A stretch of DNA of 62,949 nucleotides, counting the filler, from Octopus bimaculoides (Eukaryota), in the NCBI RefSeq assembly GCF_001194135.2. It is 4 parts of 4 records of this genome, joined end to end, with 100 filler letters (N's around TTAATTAATTAA, not from the genome) between each part and the next. Parts side by side here need not be neighbours in the genome. Positions count along the whole stretch, not along the records: positions 18,805 to 26,713 come from NC_068982.1; positions 26,814 to 57,767 come from NC_068992.1; 2 more parts are not named here. One strand, written 5' to 3'. The translations under genes and the position numbers were made by a program. Position 1 is the first letter of the stretch. Every line of letters starts with the position of its first letter. The notes beneath the pieces are model-generated. The model saw only the letters and a program-made list of their open reading frames with translations, ran no database searches and was not told where the DNA came from. Shown here in pieces: positions 21,285-32,200 of this stretch.

Positions 21285-22633
21285 TCAGGTTGATTAAAAA
21301 GCAAGCAACGTTTTGAACCATGAAGAATTTCTATCGGATTTTTGCAGAGTTTTGAATTTTTTTAAACACTTTTTTGAAATTGTCTCATAATACAGACATA
21401 GACTTGCCCAAATGCATCAATAAATTAACATTGATATTTTTTGCACCGTTATTACAATCATCTGAAATGGAACTGTCAAAGCGCGATATTCGAGCAATTT
21501 TGCTATTCAACTTCAAAAAAGGACGTAAAGCAGCTGAAACTGCTCGCGATATCGACGAGACGTTTGGTGAGGAAATGACTGGTGAGTGGTCAGTTCGAAA
21601 AAGGTTTAAACGATTTCGTAGTGGAGACCTGAGCCTTGAAGATTGGGAGCGTAGTGGACGCCCATCTGTCATCGGTGACGGTCAATTAAAGACCGTCATT
21701 GAGAAAGATCCACGTAACACCACTCGAGAACTGGTAAAATAACTTCAAGTTAGCCAGAAAACTGCCTGCAAGCATTTGCATGCAATCGGAAAAGCAAAAA
21801 AGCTTGACAAATGGATCTCATACGATTTGAATGAAAATCAGAAAATGTGCCGATATGAAATTTGCTCGTCGCTTCTTCTCCGTAACCAGACCAATCCATT
21901 TCGCGACCATATTTGTAACTCGCAATGTAAGTGGATTCTGTACAATAATAAAAAAAAAAANNNNNNNNNNNNNNNNNNNNNNNNNNNNNNNNNNNNNNNN
22001 NNNNNNNNNNNNNNNNNNNNNNNNNNNNNNNNNNNNNNNNNNNNNNNNNNNNNNNNNNNNNNNNNNNNNNNNNNNNNNNNNNNNNNNNNNNNNNNNNNNN
22101 NNNNNNNNNNNNNNNNNNNNNNNNNNNNNNNNNNNNNNNNNNNNNNNNNNNNNNNNNNNNNNNNNNNNNNNNNNNNNNNNNNNNNNNNNNNNNNNNNNNN
22201 NNNNNNNNNNNNNNNNNNNNNNNNNNNNNNNNNNNNNNNNNNNNNNNNNNNNNNNNNNNNNNNNNNNNNNNNNNNNNNNNNNNNNNNNNNNNNNNNNNNN
22301 NNNNNNNNNNNNNNNNNNNNNNNNNNNNNNNNNNNNNNNNNNNNNNNNNNNNNNNNNNNNNNNNNNNNNNNNNNNNNNNNNNNNNNNNNNNNNNNNNNNN
22401 NNNNNNNNNNNNNNNNNNNNNNNNNNNNNNNNNNNNNNNNNNNNNNNCAAAGAGTTCACCAGCTCCAGAACTCGAGATTTTTATATTACCAGAATAAACA
22501 AATTTGTAACTCGTTGGCAAAAATGTGTTGATTGTAATGATATTTACTTTGATAAATAAAATTTCCGCATTGTTGAAATATATTGTGATGAATTTCATGT
22601 TTCAAAGCGTTGCTTACTTTTTACTCAGCCTGA
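21285..22633 (+). mobile_element. Near full-length mariner element (Hsmar1/SETMAR-like transposase) with both TIRs
   Basis: TA-TCAGGTTGATTAAAAAGCAAGCAACGTTTTGAACCAT ... ATGTTTCAAAGCGTTGCTTACTTTTTACTCAGCCTGA-TA. The ORF from 21467 reads MELSKRDIRAILLFNFKKGRKAAETARDI..., has one in-frame stop at 21740, continues KAKKLDKWISYDLNENQK...KWILYNN and ends RWQKCVDCNDIYFDK* at 22559. The catalytic core lies in a 488-N gap. Confidence 0.92.
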
Positions 22634-22659
22634 TATTTTATCAATCCCTGAAGTATGAA

Positions 22660-23015
22660 AAGCAAAGTCGACTTCAGCGGAATTTGAACTCAGAGCAGAG
22701 AGAGAGCCAGAACGAATACGGTAAAGTGATTTTTTACTTCTTTTTTTTTTTTTTTTTTTTCAACGCTCTAACCTTTGTACCAATCCCTCGACCTAAATAA
22801 TTGTTTCTAGTTTTGGTACAAAGTCACAAATAATCGAGGAGCGAGATTAGTTTATTACAACAACCCCGGTACTTAACTGGTCCTTTATTTTATCGACCCC
22901 GGATGGATGAAAGACTAAGTTTAGCTTGATGGGATTTGAACTTGGAAAGTAAAGCGACGTAGCTAAACACTGCAAGGCATTTTGCCCGACGCTTTCACAA
23001 TTCTGACAATCTACC
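22660..23015 (-). mobile_element. Two adjacent diverged SINE family B pieces
   Basis: GAAAAGCAAAGTCGACTTCAGCGGAATTTGAACTCAGA at 22657-22695. TTTTATCGACCCCGGATGGATGAAAG...GGGATTTGAACTTGG at 22888-22945. Confidence 0.7.
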
Positions 23016-23394
23016 ATCACCATCACCACCACTACGATATTACTGCAATTATAGTTGTGTGATTAATGAGTTCGCCTCGTTACTCTGTGGTTTTGGGTTC
23101 AATCCCACTCTGTAGTAGTTTAGACAAGTGTTACTTCTAACATAAAGTCGATGTTGAGGATTCAGTTGTTCTTCTCTTCTCAAGAAATGCAACAATCTAG
23201 GACTGGACGTTTATCCAACAAACAACGAGCAACAAATGTTCAAACTGAACATAAACCGCATCCATCTTCGCAGTGCGGGAGGGTCTGCAAAGGCCAAGGA
23301 CATTACCCTTCTGCTTCTGACAAGCTTTTAAAATTGTAAAGTAAGTCTTCTGGACATTACTATCTTGAGGTTTAGGACCCATAAGCCCAGTTAC

Positions 23395-23610
23395 CCGGTT
23401 TCCATGACATAAAATTGACCGAGATCACAACATTCTCCCTGAAAGGGATCACCAGTCCGTCGTAGGGTTACTTATTTACAGGTGAGTGGACTAGAGGAAT
23501 GTGAAATTAAATGTTTTGCTCAAGAATGCATCGCACAGCCCAGTCTGTGAAACGAAACCACAATCTTGCTACCGTGAATGCAACACCCCTAACCACCATG
23601 CCATACGCTT
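23395..23610 (-). mobile_element. tRNA-headed CORE-like SINE, family G (diverged)
   Basis: GAATGTGAAATTAAATGTTTTGCTCAAGAA is shared with 24170-24420, followed by a tRNA-like head on the minus strand. Confidence 0.6.
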
Positions 23611-24169
23611 ACACCTAACTTTTATTTTGAACAAAAAATAACAATGATTCCGGATTTGCGTTTAAAGTGAATCAGAAGAGTCATTGGAGTATATAAAGGA
23701 TTCATGATCTTTGTTCCGATTCTCTACAGTCTGAGTTCAAACAACCAGGAGTTTAATTTACCTTTCATTCCTTCGGGGATTCAGTTCAGAACGATAAATT
23801 AGTGGAACTTGAGATGTCTTGCAGTATTTGTTTCGCCTCGCTGTGTTCTGACTTCAAATCCTACCACGATCTAGTGCTTACAGCTTTGTTGTCTTTTGCA
23901 CAGCCCACTTCGTTGTAAACATTTGGGCCCGGTCTCTTGTTTGAGGAATACCTTCATCACTCCCTCTCTCCAGTTTCGGAGGTCCTGTAAAGGGCCATGA
24001 GTACTGCCTTCCCTCCTGACTAAAAAATACGAAAATGAAACCTAAAATTTGGGGAGGGCTTTGTCGATTAAATCAACCTCTATATTTAATGAGTGAACTT
24101 ATCATTAGAAAATAAAATTAATGTAAACAGCAAAAATGAATCCGCGAACACCTTAGTACTTACTTAGGT

Positions 24170-24420
24170 GTGCCATGGGTCCCAGGATTCACGAGGCCGG
24201 AGATTAAAGTGGTTTCCATGGTGTATAACTAACTGAGATTACACCACTCCCCCTGAGTAAACTCCCACATATTGCTGGAACTCATTTACAGCTGAGTGAC
24301 GTGGAGCAATGTGAAATGAATTTTTTTGCTCAAGAACACAACCCACCGCCCGCATCGGGATCGAAATCTCGATCTTGCGACCGTAAGTGTAACACTAGCT
24401 TCTAAGCCATACACCTTCAC
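24170..24420 (-). mobile_element. tRNA-headed CORE-like SINE, family G (diverged)
   Basis: ACTCATTTACAGCTGAGTGACGTGGAGCAATGTGAAATGAATTTTTTTGCTCAAGAACACAAC...GGGATCGAA aligns with 23395-23610. Confidence 0.6.
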
Positions 24421-24973
24421 GAAAACTATAGTTACATCATTAATTGTATGCCACTGCGTGTAATATTATTCCTTAACTGGAGGCTAAATGTAATTTTTAT
24501 AAATAGATTATAACAGCAGAAGATTGCTTCGAGTCTAGAGGTCAAGCATTCCGAAAAGGAACTTACACCAATTGTATATAAAAATAAAAATTTAAAAAAA
24601 GATGATACAAAGAGACCTAGTACGAATAGAATTCGATTACAAAACATCCACCGCTAATGGACTTGATTTTTGTTTTTTTCTTCAAATACAAGACAAAGAA
24701 ATTGTTTTAAATTGTAAATCAACACAAACAAATTTCATTTGTATCAAGAAAAAAGTTGAAAGGTTACGGGAGAAATTAAAAATGTCATTAGTAGAGCTAT
24801 TATGCACTAGATACAACAACGGAATGATCAAAATAGCAACGGAGATGAAAGAAAAAGTTACAAACAGTAGGAGATAATAAAATTTGAAAGGAAAAAATAA
24901 GTCATTACACAGAAAATAGCCATTAAGAAGCGAATATAGAAGAATTATAGCGAACTTATCTTCAGTAAGTGGC

Positions 24974-25200
24974 TTATCAGCATTAGCAAGGAAAGTGAAG
25001 AATAACGTCGGTAGTTGCAGGTTTCCAACAACGGGCCAGTCATTCGGTTACTGTATACATGATGGCGAATATCTATAATATACAAATCTTTAATAAGTGT
25101 TTTATCAGCATGAGCAGCGAAAGTGAAGTATAGCGTCGGTGGTAGCAGTTTTTCTAACAACGGGCAAATAATTGGGGGTTATTATATACATGATGGCGAA
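24974..25200. repeat. Diverged tandem duplication, period 128 bp
   Basis: TTATCAGCAT...GAAAGTGAAG...CGTCGGT...AACAACGGGC...ATACATGATGGCGAA at 24974 and 25102. Confidence 0.8.
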
Positions 25201-25342
25201 AGCGACAAGACAGTGTTTATAATTCAGTGTTGAACAGATATCTCAGGGACTCTTTTCGTAAAGCATTGGTTTTTTTCGGTTTTCTCGAAATTTATATCCT
25301 TCGATGATATACACATACATACATACATATATATGTCGTATG

Positions 25343-25445
25343 TAGCTTGCGTACCAACCACATCGTTCCGAATTTAGTACCACTCCGTGGGGCACCTAAG
25401 CCTTGCGAGTGGATTTGGTAGACGGAAACTGAAAGAAGCCCGTCG

Positions 25446-25473
<28 letters not shown>
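25343..25473 (+). mobile_element. Internally deleted SINE family A copy
   Basis: GGCACCT is joined directly to AAGCCTTG; about 45 bp present in the other copies are missing. Confidence 0.75.
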
Positions 25474-25477
<4 letters not shown>

Positions 25478-26813
25478 GAATAATAATAAATGGAGCAAAA
25501 CGCGTATGATCAATAAGTTCCTTTAATTCTTACATATGTTTCAAAATTTATGTGCACCCTACTCTAAAGAAGTAAGAGGTGCTGGAAATGCACATAGATT
25601 CATCGTCAGGGAACCAACTTACAAAAGCAAGACATGCGCTAAATGCTAAGGTTGCGTACGAGTTATAACATTATATAGCTAAGTAAATGACCGTTAGAAA
25701 CAGGAACGCTAGTTTACAGGGAGTTGTTAAGGGAGAGAGGCCATGAACGCTATACTAAAAATTTAAATTAGAGGAAGGCATAATAGACCGCAGTAAAATC
25801 CAAAAATCTAAAGTTCAAAAAAATGGTAAACAAAAATCTTAGTAGAGGAGAAAGGGAAGAATCCAATGAATTCTTTATATATATTACTTCTTATGTAAAC
25901 AAACTTATATACTGAGGTAAAATAAAGTAAAGAATAGATTGTAAATATAATTACTTAAACAACCATAGCATTGTAACATATTAAGATACGATTATTAACC
26001 TAAATAAAAGGTAATACAAGGTACAAAACTATAATGTGATAAAGTAATAAGAAAAAACATGCTTACGAGAACAGGATCGAAAGTATGTGCGTAAAAATAC
26101 CAGTATGCTTCAAACTCAACGAATGTAGCATTACTAGGAAAGACTTGCTGAACCAACTATAGAAGGGGAAAGAGTAAAAACAACTGGCGTTGGAGTTAGA
26201 TTTAATTGTTATTTAAGATAATATTTAAATGATATTATTCTTGTTATTGTTGTTATTATTATTATCATAATAAATATAAAAACAAATTTACTTTTATCAT
26301 TATTACTATTATTGTTATTGTCTAAAGTTAAAGGTAAATACTAAGCTGGGTGATTGTACATACCACTTGTAAGGCGGTCGTCCACTAGAGAGAATGTCAT
26401 TAGGTGAAAAAATAATAATAATAATAATAATAATAACTAAAATTAGTAAGAAGGATGAAATTAACGATAAGAACTGAAGGTGTGTTTCCTCCAATGCTGG
26501 CATCTGTATGCCCTCTGTGTTATCTGGTTTACTAAATTATCCTTGGAGAACAGAATGTGGAATAGCTCCAAGTTACAGAGAGGACAAAAATCCTTACCCT
26601 TGTCGTAGGATAATGAGGTAGCCAGTATTGACCATTCCAAAGAGAATTGTTTATTGCAGTCCTTAAGTTTCCAGATTAATTTACTTAGACCGGTACTATT
26701 AATTTTATTCCTGNNNNNNNNNNNNNNNNNNNNNNNNNNNNNNNNNNNNNNNNNNNNTTAATTAATTAANNNNNNNNNNNNNNNNNNNNNNNNNNNNNNN
26801 NNNNNNNNNNNNN

Positions 26814-27190
26814 TATCAATACCAGCAGATGACAACGTTTCTCGAAAAGAAATGGAAAAACTTTCAAAATACAAAAACCTGGAAATAGAGATAACTCGAA
26901 TGTGGAGTCTAAAAACAGAAACAATTCCTATCATAGTAGGTGCCTTAGGTATAATTAAAAAATACTCAGACAAATACATAACAAAAACAACAGGACTTAC
27001 AAATATATATAACATACAGAAAATTGCACTACTGGGTACTGCACACATTCTACGCAAAACACTTTCAATACAGTAAACATAAGAGCACCACAGCACATAC
27101 CCAAGGCGCACAGAGCTGCGCTCGGTGGTGAAGTGAAAGCACGTTATAAAAATAAGGCTTCTGAACAACAATAATAATAACGATAATAAT
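26814..27190 (+). mobile_element. 3' end of an R4/Dong-clade non-LTR retrotransposon (REL endonuclease C-terminus and 3' UTR)
   Basis: Stop-free SIPADDNVSRKEMEKLSKYKNLEIEITRMWSLKTETIPIIVGALG...IQKIALLGTAHILRKTLSIQ*, then a short UTR ending in (TAA)n. Confidence 0.85.
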
Positions 27191-27252
27191 GCTATGAATT
27201 CAACATGTTTCGTAAAGCTTGCCGAATGGCACCTGGATACCATATTATTATT

Positions 27253-27290
<38 letters not shown>

Positions 27291-28298
27291 TATTATCATT
27301 ATTATTATAGTGCTGATGATTTAATCATAATGAGAATTAGTAATAGTCTGGTTGTGTGATAATGATGTGACGACAATGATGATGGTAATTGTGGCATTTT
27401 AAAAGATTTTTGTAGGGATTTAATAGCATTACACAATAAAGCGAGGGAAAATTAGGAGAGTAGGTTGTATAAAATATATAGGATATATGATACTAGTGGG
27501 AGCAGTGTCATTAACAGAATTAGTTGTGCTGATATGTGTAAAATTGAGGATAAAGTTGTTATTGCTGCTGGAAATTCCCGAAATTGAAACAAATATTAAA
27601 AAACTATTTTGAAAGAAATTGAAAAAGAACTGTTGCAATAACAATATTAAACGAAGAAGAAATTGACCGTGAGTCACAATTTGATGATGATGATGATGAT
27701 GATGATTATGATGTAAAAAGGTATTTGTAGTATAGAGATATAACCAATTGAGAATAGCTGTACGATATACCAAAAAACTATTGATCACGAGAACTGAAAT
27801 ATCTATGAAATATCGATTTGAACTCAGAAAATTTTGAGATGAAATAGAATTTTAATACGTTTTCTCTAGAACCCTTTTATTTATGGAATTGTCGAACCGT
27901 AACTTGTAAAAAAACCTACTGTCTTGTAATAAGGAATATTTAAGCAATATCTAGAGAAATTTAAAACAAATGAGTATACACAACTATTTTAGTGTGCTTT
28001 TCAGTTTTTAGCTCCAGTACACATGATCGAACAGACTATTTGGAATATTACTACAGTTTGTGGAACATTGACAAGAATCACATTATCTAATGTTACGTTT
28101 CCTTTTCTAAGACTGTAGTTGCCGGTTTAAGTTTATTTGGTTGAAATTTTCTGGTCGGCAAATTATGGCGAAGAAGTCTCCTCGTTGCTCCATATATAGC
28201 TTTCTATAAAAAAGTAATGTATGTAGAATAATTTAGGTTCTCAACAACAGTTAGCATGTCCATACATTTGTCATTCCATCATCAGAGACACGATATAG

Positions 28299-28638
28299 AT
28301 ATTTTAGACAGGGGAAATTTACAGTTTACAAGGAATAAAATTCGCAGTTTATAAGGAATAAAGAGTAAAGGTAGTTAAAAGAACATAGGCAGAAGAATAA
28401 TGTTCACAACTGATCGTTTTCCAAAGGATCTGTATGCTGGTCGGTACCTCCATGAAGGTACATTCATGAAGGTACAGTTACTTCATGGAAGTACCGACCA
28501 ACATCCGTATCCTCAGTTGTGAACATTATTCCCTTCCATATTATTCTAACTACGTTTACTCTTTATTCTTCTATTTTATTCCTTATAAACTGCAAATTTT
28601 ATTCCTTGCAAACTGTAAATTTTCCCTGTCTAAAATAT
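28299..28638. mobile_element. Foldback (hairpin) MITE, 340 bp
   Basis: The arms are complementary along almost their whole length: ATATTTTAGACAGGGGAAATTTACAGTTT.../...AAACTGTAAATTTTCCCTGTCTAAAATAT. Inner stem GGTCGGTACCTCCATGAAG / CTTCATGGAAGTACCGACC. Confidence 0.85.
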
Positions 28639-29089
28639 TCATACCTTGTCTTTGATGACGGAATGACCAATGTGTAAACATGCTAACCTACCACTTGGGT
28701 TATCCATGAAACGGCTGTAAGACTTCAAATTCACCTTACCCTGATTAAATTATACTAATTGACTTGCGATACAAGTTCTGCCTTGTTTTTGAATTTTGTG
28801 TGTGTGTATGTATGCATGTATGTATGTATGTATGTATGTATGTGTCTGTATTATCTCGTGTAACCATTTAAATATGATAATAACAGAAACAGTAATATAG
28901 GCGATTGCAAGCCCCCCAAAATCGTTAAATACCAAGTATGTCTGTCTGTTGGTATATATGTATGTGTGTATGTCTGTATATATGTGTGTGTATGTGCATG
29001 CGTGAGCGTGTGTGTATGTGTGTGCGTTTGTGTTTATATGTGTGTATGTGTCTTCCTATCTATGTTTGACAGTCCCACTGCACTGTTTA

Positions 29090-29270
29090 CGCCCCTCCCC
29101 CCGCCATGTCCTGGTAATTTCGGCAAAAGAGATCGATAGAAAAATTAACAGCCTTAAAAGTGAGTACCAGGGTCTATTTATTCGAATAAACGCTCCCTGC
29201 TAGTGCTCCACCATGGCAGTAGTAGTCTCAACGAGTGAAACAAACATAATATACAAATGTAAAAGTTAAA
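29090..29270 (+). mobile_element. Diverged 3' tail of SINE family A following a (TG)n-rich tract
   Basis: TTCGGCAAAAGAGATCGATAGAA...GTGCTCCACCATGGC aligns with 13252-13389. Confidence 0.65.
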
Positions 29271-32200
29271 GGATAAATATCGCATAAATGTACTTTGGTT
29301 CGAGTTTTATAGTTTCAGTTCAAATATCAGTGAAAATCTTTTACATTTCCAGCATTAAAGTTCTGAAATAAGTATTTGAAATCCCAGTAGTTTAAATCTT
29401 ACATCACTACTGTAACGTTGTTTTTATATTTCTGTAGTAGATAACGATCACTAGCTTATCTTAATACCGGCTTTGAGTACGTGTGTGGTAATTTCTTTTA
29501 GTTTCAAGTAAATAACTTTGAGACCAATAATGTACTGAAAAGGAAAATGGAGGAAATTTTCTTTTGTTTGTTTATTTGCTTATGTGTGTGTATGTGCATG
29601 TGTGTGTGTGTGTGCGTGTGCGCGTGTGTGTGTGTGTGTGTGTGTGCTTTTTGCGTATACACCTATTTGTGTACAGAATTATGTCTATTTTGTGTAAAAG
29701 TGTGCGCTGAGAGACTTGGCGAGAAGAAACAATAATGAATTATATATTGGATTCTGAGAAAGTAAAACGATACTAAAGTTCTCCCCCCCTGCATATGTTA
29801 TAATGATCGGTAGAAGAAAGTATAAAGTTACTGTTCAACTTGAATTATCGATGAATAAAAGTTAAAATGTGGAAGGACACATGGGAAATCGTTTCTCATT
29901 TTTTTTCTGATCGTTCAATCAGGGTGAAAGGCAGTACTCATCATACAATTATGGGCATCCAAGGTTGGTGAGAAGGAAGGAGGAAGTATTATAACTACAC
30001 CTGATTTCTTGACCAAATGCTTAGAAGACAAAGAAAGTTTTTGCTAAAGATACTCAGTGACTCAGATACGGAACTGAACTGGACGGGGGATAAAATCTTG
30101 CACCAAATAATAAGCTACGGCAAGATTTGAAATTAGCTCGCAAAGTATCATGTGCTCTCCTGTCCAGGTTTACCGTCTGACGCTCGAATGAAGCTGAAAG
30201 TCCCACCTTTCTAAACTGCTTCTTTATTCATTAATCCGAGATGGATGAAAGGCAGAATTAACTTTGGCAGGACTGAGGCAAAACGGGAAAAAATACTGTA
30301 AAGCCATTTCTAAGATATCTAATGACAGGCAATTCACTCGGCAAGAACCTGTAAATTTAATTTTCGTAATAATCTACAAAGCACAAATATATATGTGTGT
30401 GGGTTAGGATGTATAAGTAGGATTTTGAGCAAATATCAACTTGAGCCCTCTACAGGATCTTCTGTATGCAGGATAAAGTTTTCTAATAGTTATTAATATT
30501 ATTTATCTCCATGTTAAACCTGATAGAAAGAATCAATCAACAAAATTATTTCTCATTTGATGCTTCCATCAATTTTAAGAGTACAGGATTATGTATCTGT
30601 TTACCCCTTTTCTGAAGCTGTTTTAAGCACATAAATACTTCTCGAAATGCATGTGCTTACAAAATGCTTTAGCAATTGCAAATATACTCGACATGGGTGG
30701 TTTCTTTTGCAAACCTTTTCCTCACACATATGGACACCTTACACACAATTATCAATGATTAAATTATTTAATTTATTGCTTCCAGCCTAAATTAGAAATT
30801 CTTGAGCTTTTTTGTCCTGATTTTCAAATAAAAGTATTTCACTTCTTCCTACAATGTATTTTCTATTCCTCATCTGGAAAGGTCCCAAGTAAATTGAAAA
30901 CCAATTTTTGTACATTTCGCTGTTGTTTCTCCTGTTATTTGGCTCAAGGTTAAATTTTTAGCAAGCGAAGCAAGCTTGATTATCCAACCTTGTTTCCTTG
31001 AATATAACCTATATGAGTCCATTATTGAATATGCACACCCTATTTTAAGATTATAGGGCGTATCATGAGAGAGAATTGGATGCTAGACCGACCAAATAGA
31101 GAGGCTCCCTCGCGTACCGTAGTAATCTATGTAGTCATATTAAGTGTATCACATCTAGATGGGTATCATTAGGCAGAGTCAAAATAATACTCATTCTCCT
31201 AATCGTGCTATTTATATCGCAAAATCTGGATTGCTGTGGTTATCACTAACGTAAAATATATTTTCTGGTATGAATTTAGATAAGATTAATGGTGTGATTG
31301 TTTAATAAATGTCCGTGCATGTGTGGTAGATAGTTGGTATCTAATAATGAACAAATGTGAAGATAAACCAGTAGGTGATTACAAAGAAAATAGGGTGAAG
31401 GCTAGGGTTAGGGTTAGGGTGAGGGTATATTTATTTTGGCAATTAATGTTAAGGAAGTTGAATATGTTTAGAACATAGTTGAGGCTATTGCTCCGAGCGT
31501 CAAAAATAACATTCACTCCTTTAAATGTACCCTAAAGCTAGAATACATTTCTATATTATATGCATATTAGACGTACCAACGCTTAAAGCTACACGTTGTC
31601 AGGTTTTCAGACATTCTATAATTGGAAACTAGACAAGCATTGCAAGAAGTTATCAATTATAAAAATGCATCTCAATGATGTCAAATAGAGATATCACAGA
31701 GACAGACGCCCTCAGCAAAGCGAAATTATTGAGACGTCAAATGATATGATCTTTGATTTAATACATGCTGTCTCCAAGAAATAGATTTGCAGAATTTATT
31801 AATGGCTGCAATCTCTGTGGATTTGGAAAGATCTAAGAAATCGATTCACCTACAGAAAAGAAAAGTGAAAAAAATGGTGTGAGTGAACTGGCCAAACCAT
31901 TTGTAGGACACATCTCTCAATGAATTTCACAATGCTGTAGTCCCAGCCAGTTTTGCTTAGACATCACAAATTGTCAATAATCTATATATTCCATTCGAAA
32001 ACTACAGAAATCAAAATTTCTCCGATTTTCACTGATCTACAAAGATAAATCCATAGATACGTACATGGATGTATATATACTTACATATATATNNNNNNNN
32101 NNNNNNNNNNNNNNNNNNNNNNNNNNNNNNNNNNNNNTATATATATATATATATATATATATCATACAGCATCTATGCCAGAGATATCGGCATAAGGGGA

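Noticed and set aside
23230-23290. SQCGRVCKGQG resembling an RTE C-terminal cysteine motif
   Set aside because: The first Cys and the His ligands are missing, and there is no adjacent RT sequence.
24974-25200. CRISPR-like or other prokaryotic arrays among the short direct repeats
   Set aside because: Only two diverged units, no unique spacers, no cas genes, eukaryotic context.
25497-25525. CGCGTATGATCAATAAGTTCC as another mariner TIR
   Set aside because: No flanking TA, no partner end and no transposase nearby.
31402-31426. TTAGGG-like run (interstitial telomere)
   Set aside because: Only about four imperfect units, too short to support a telomeric origin.
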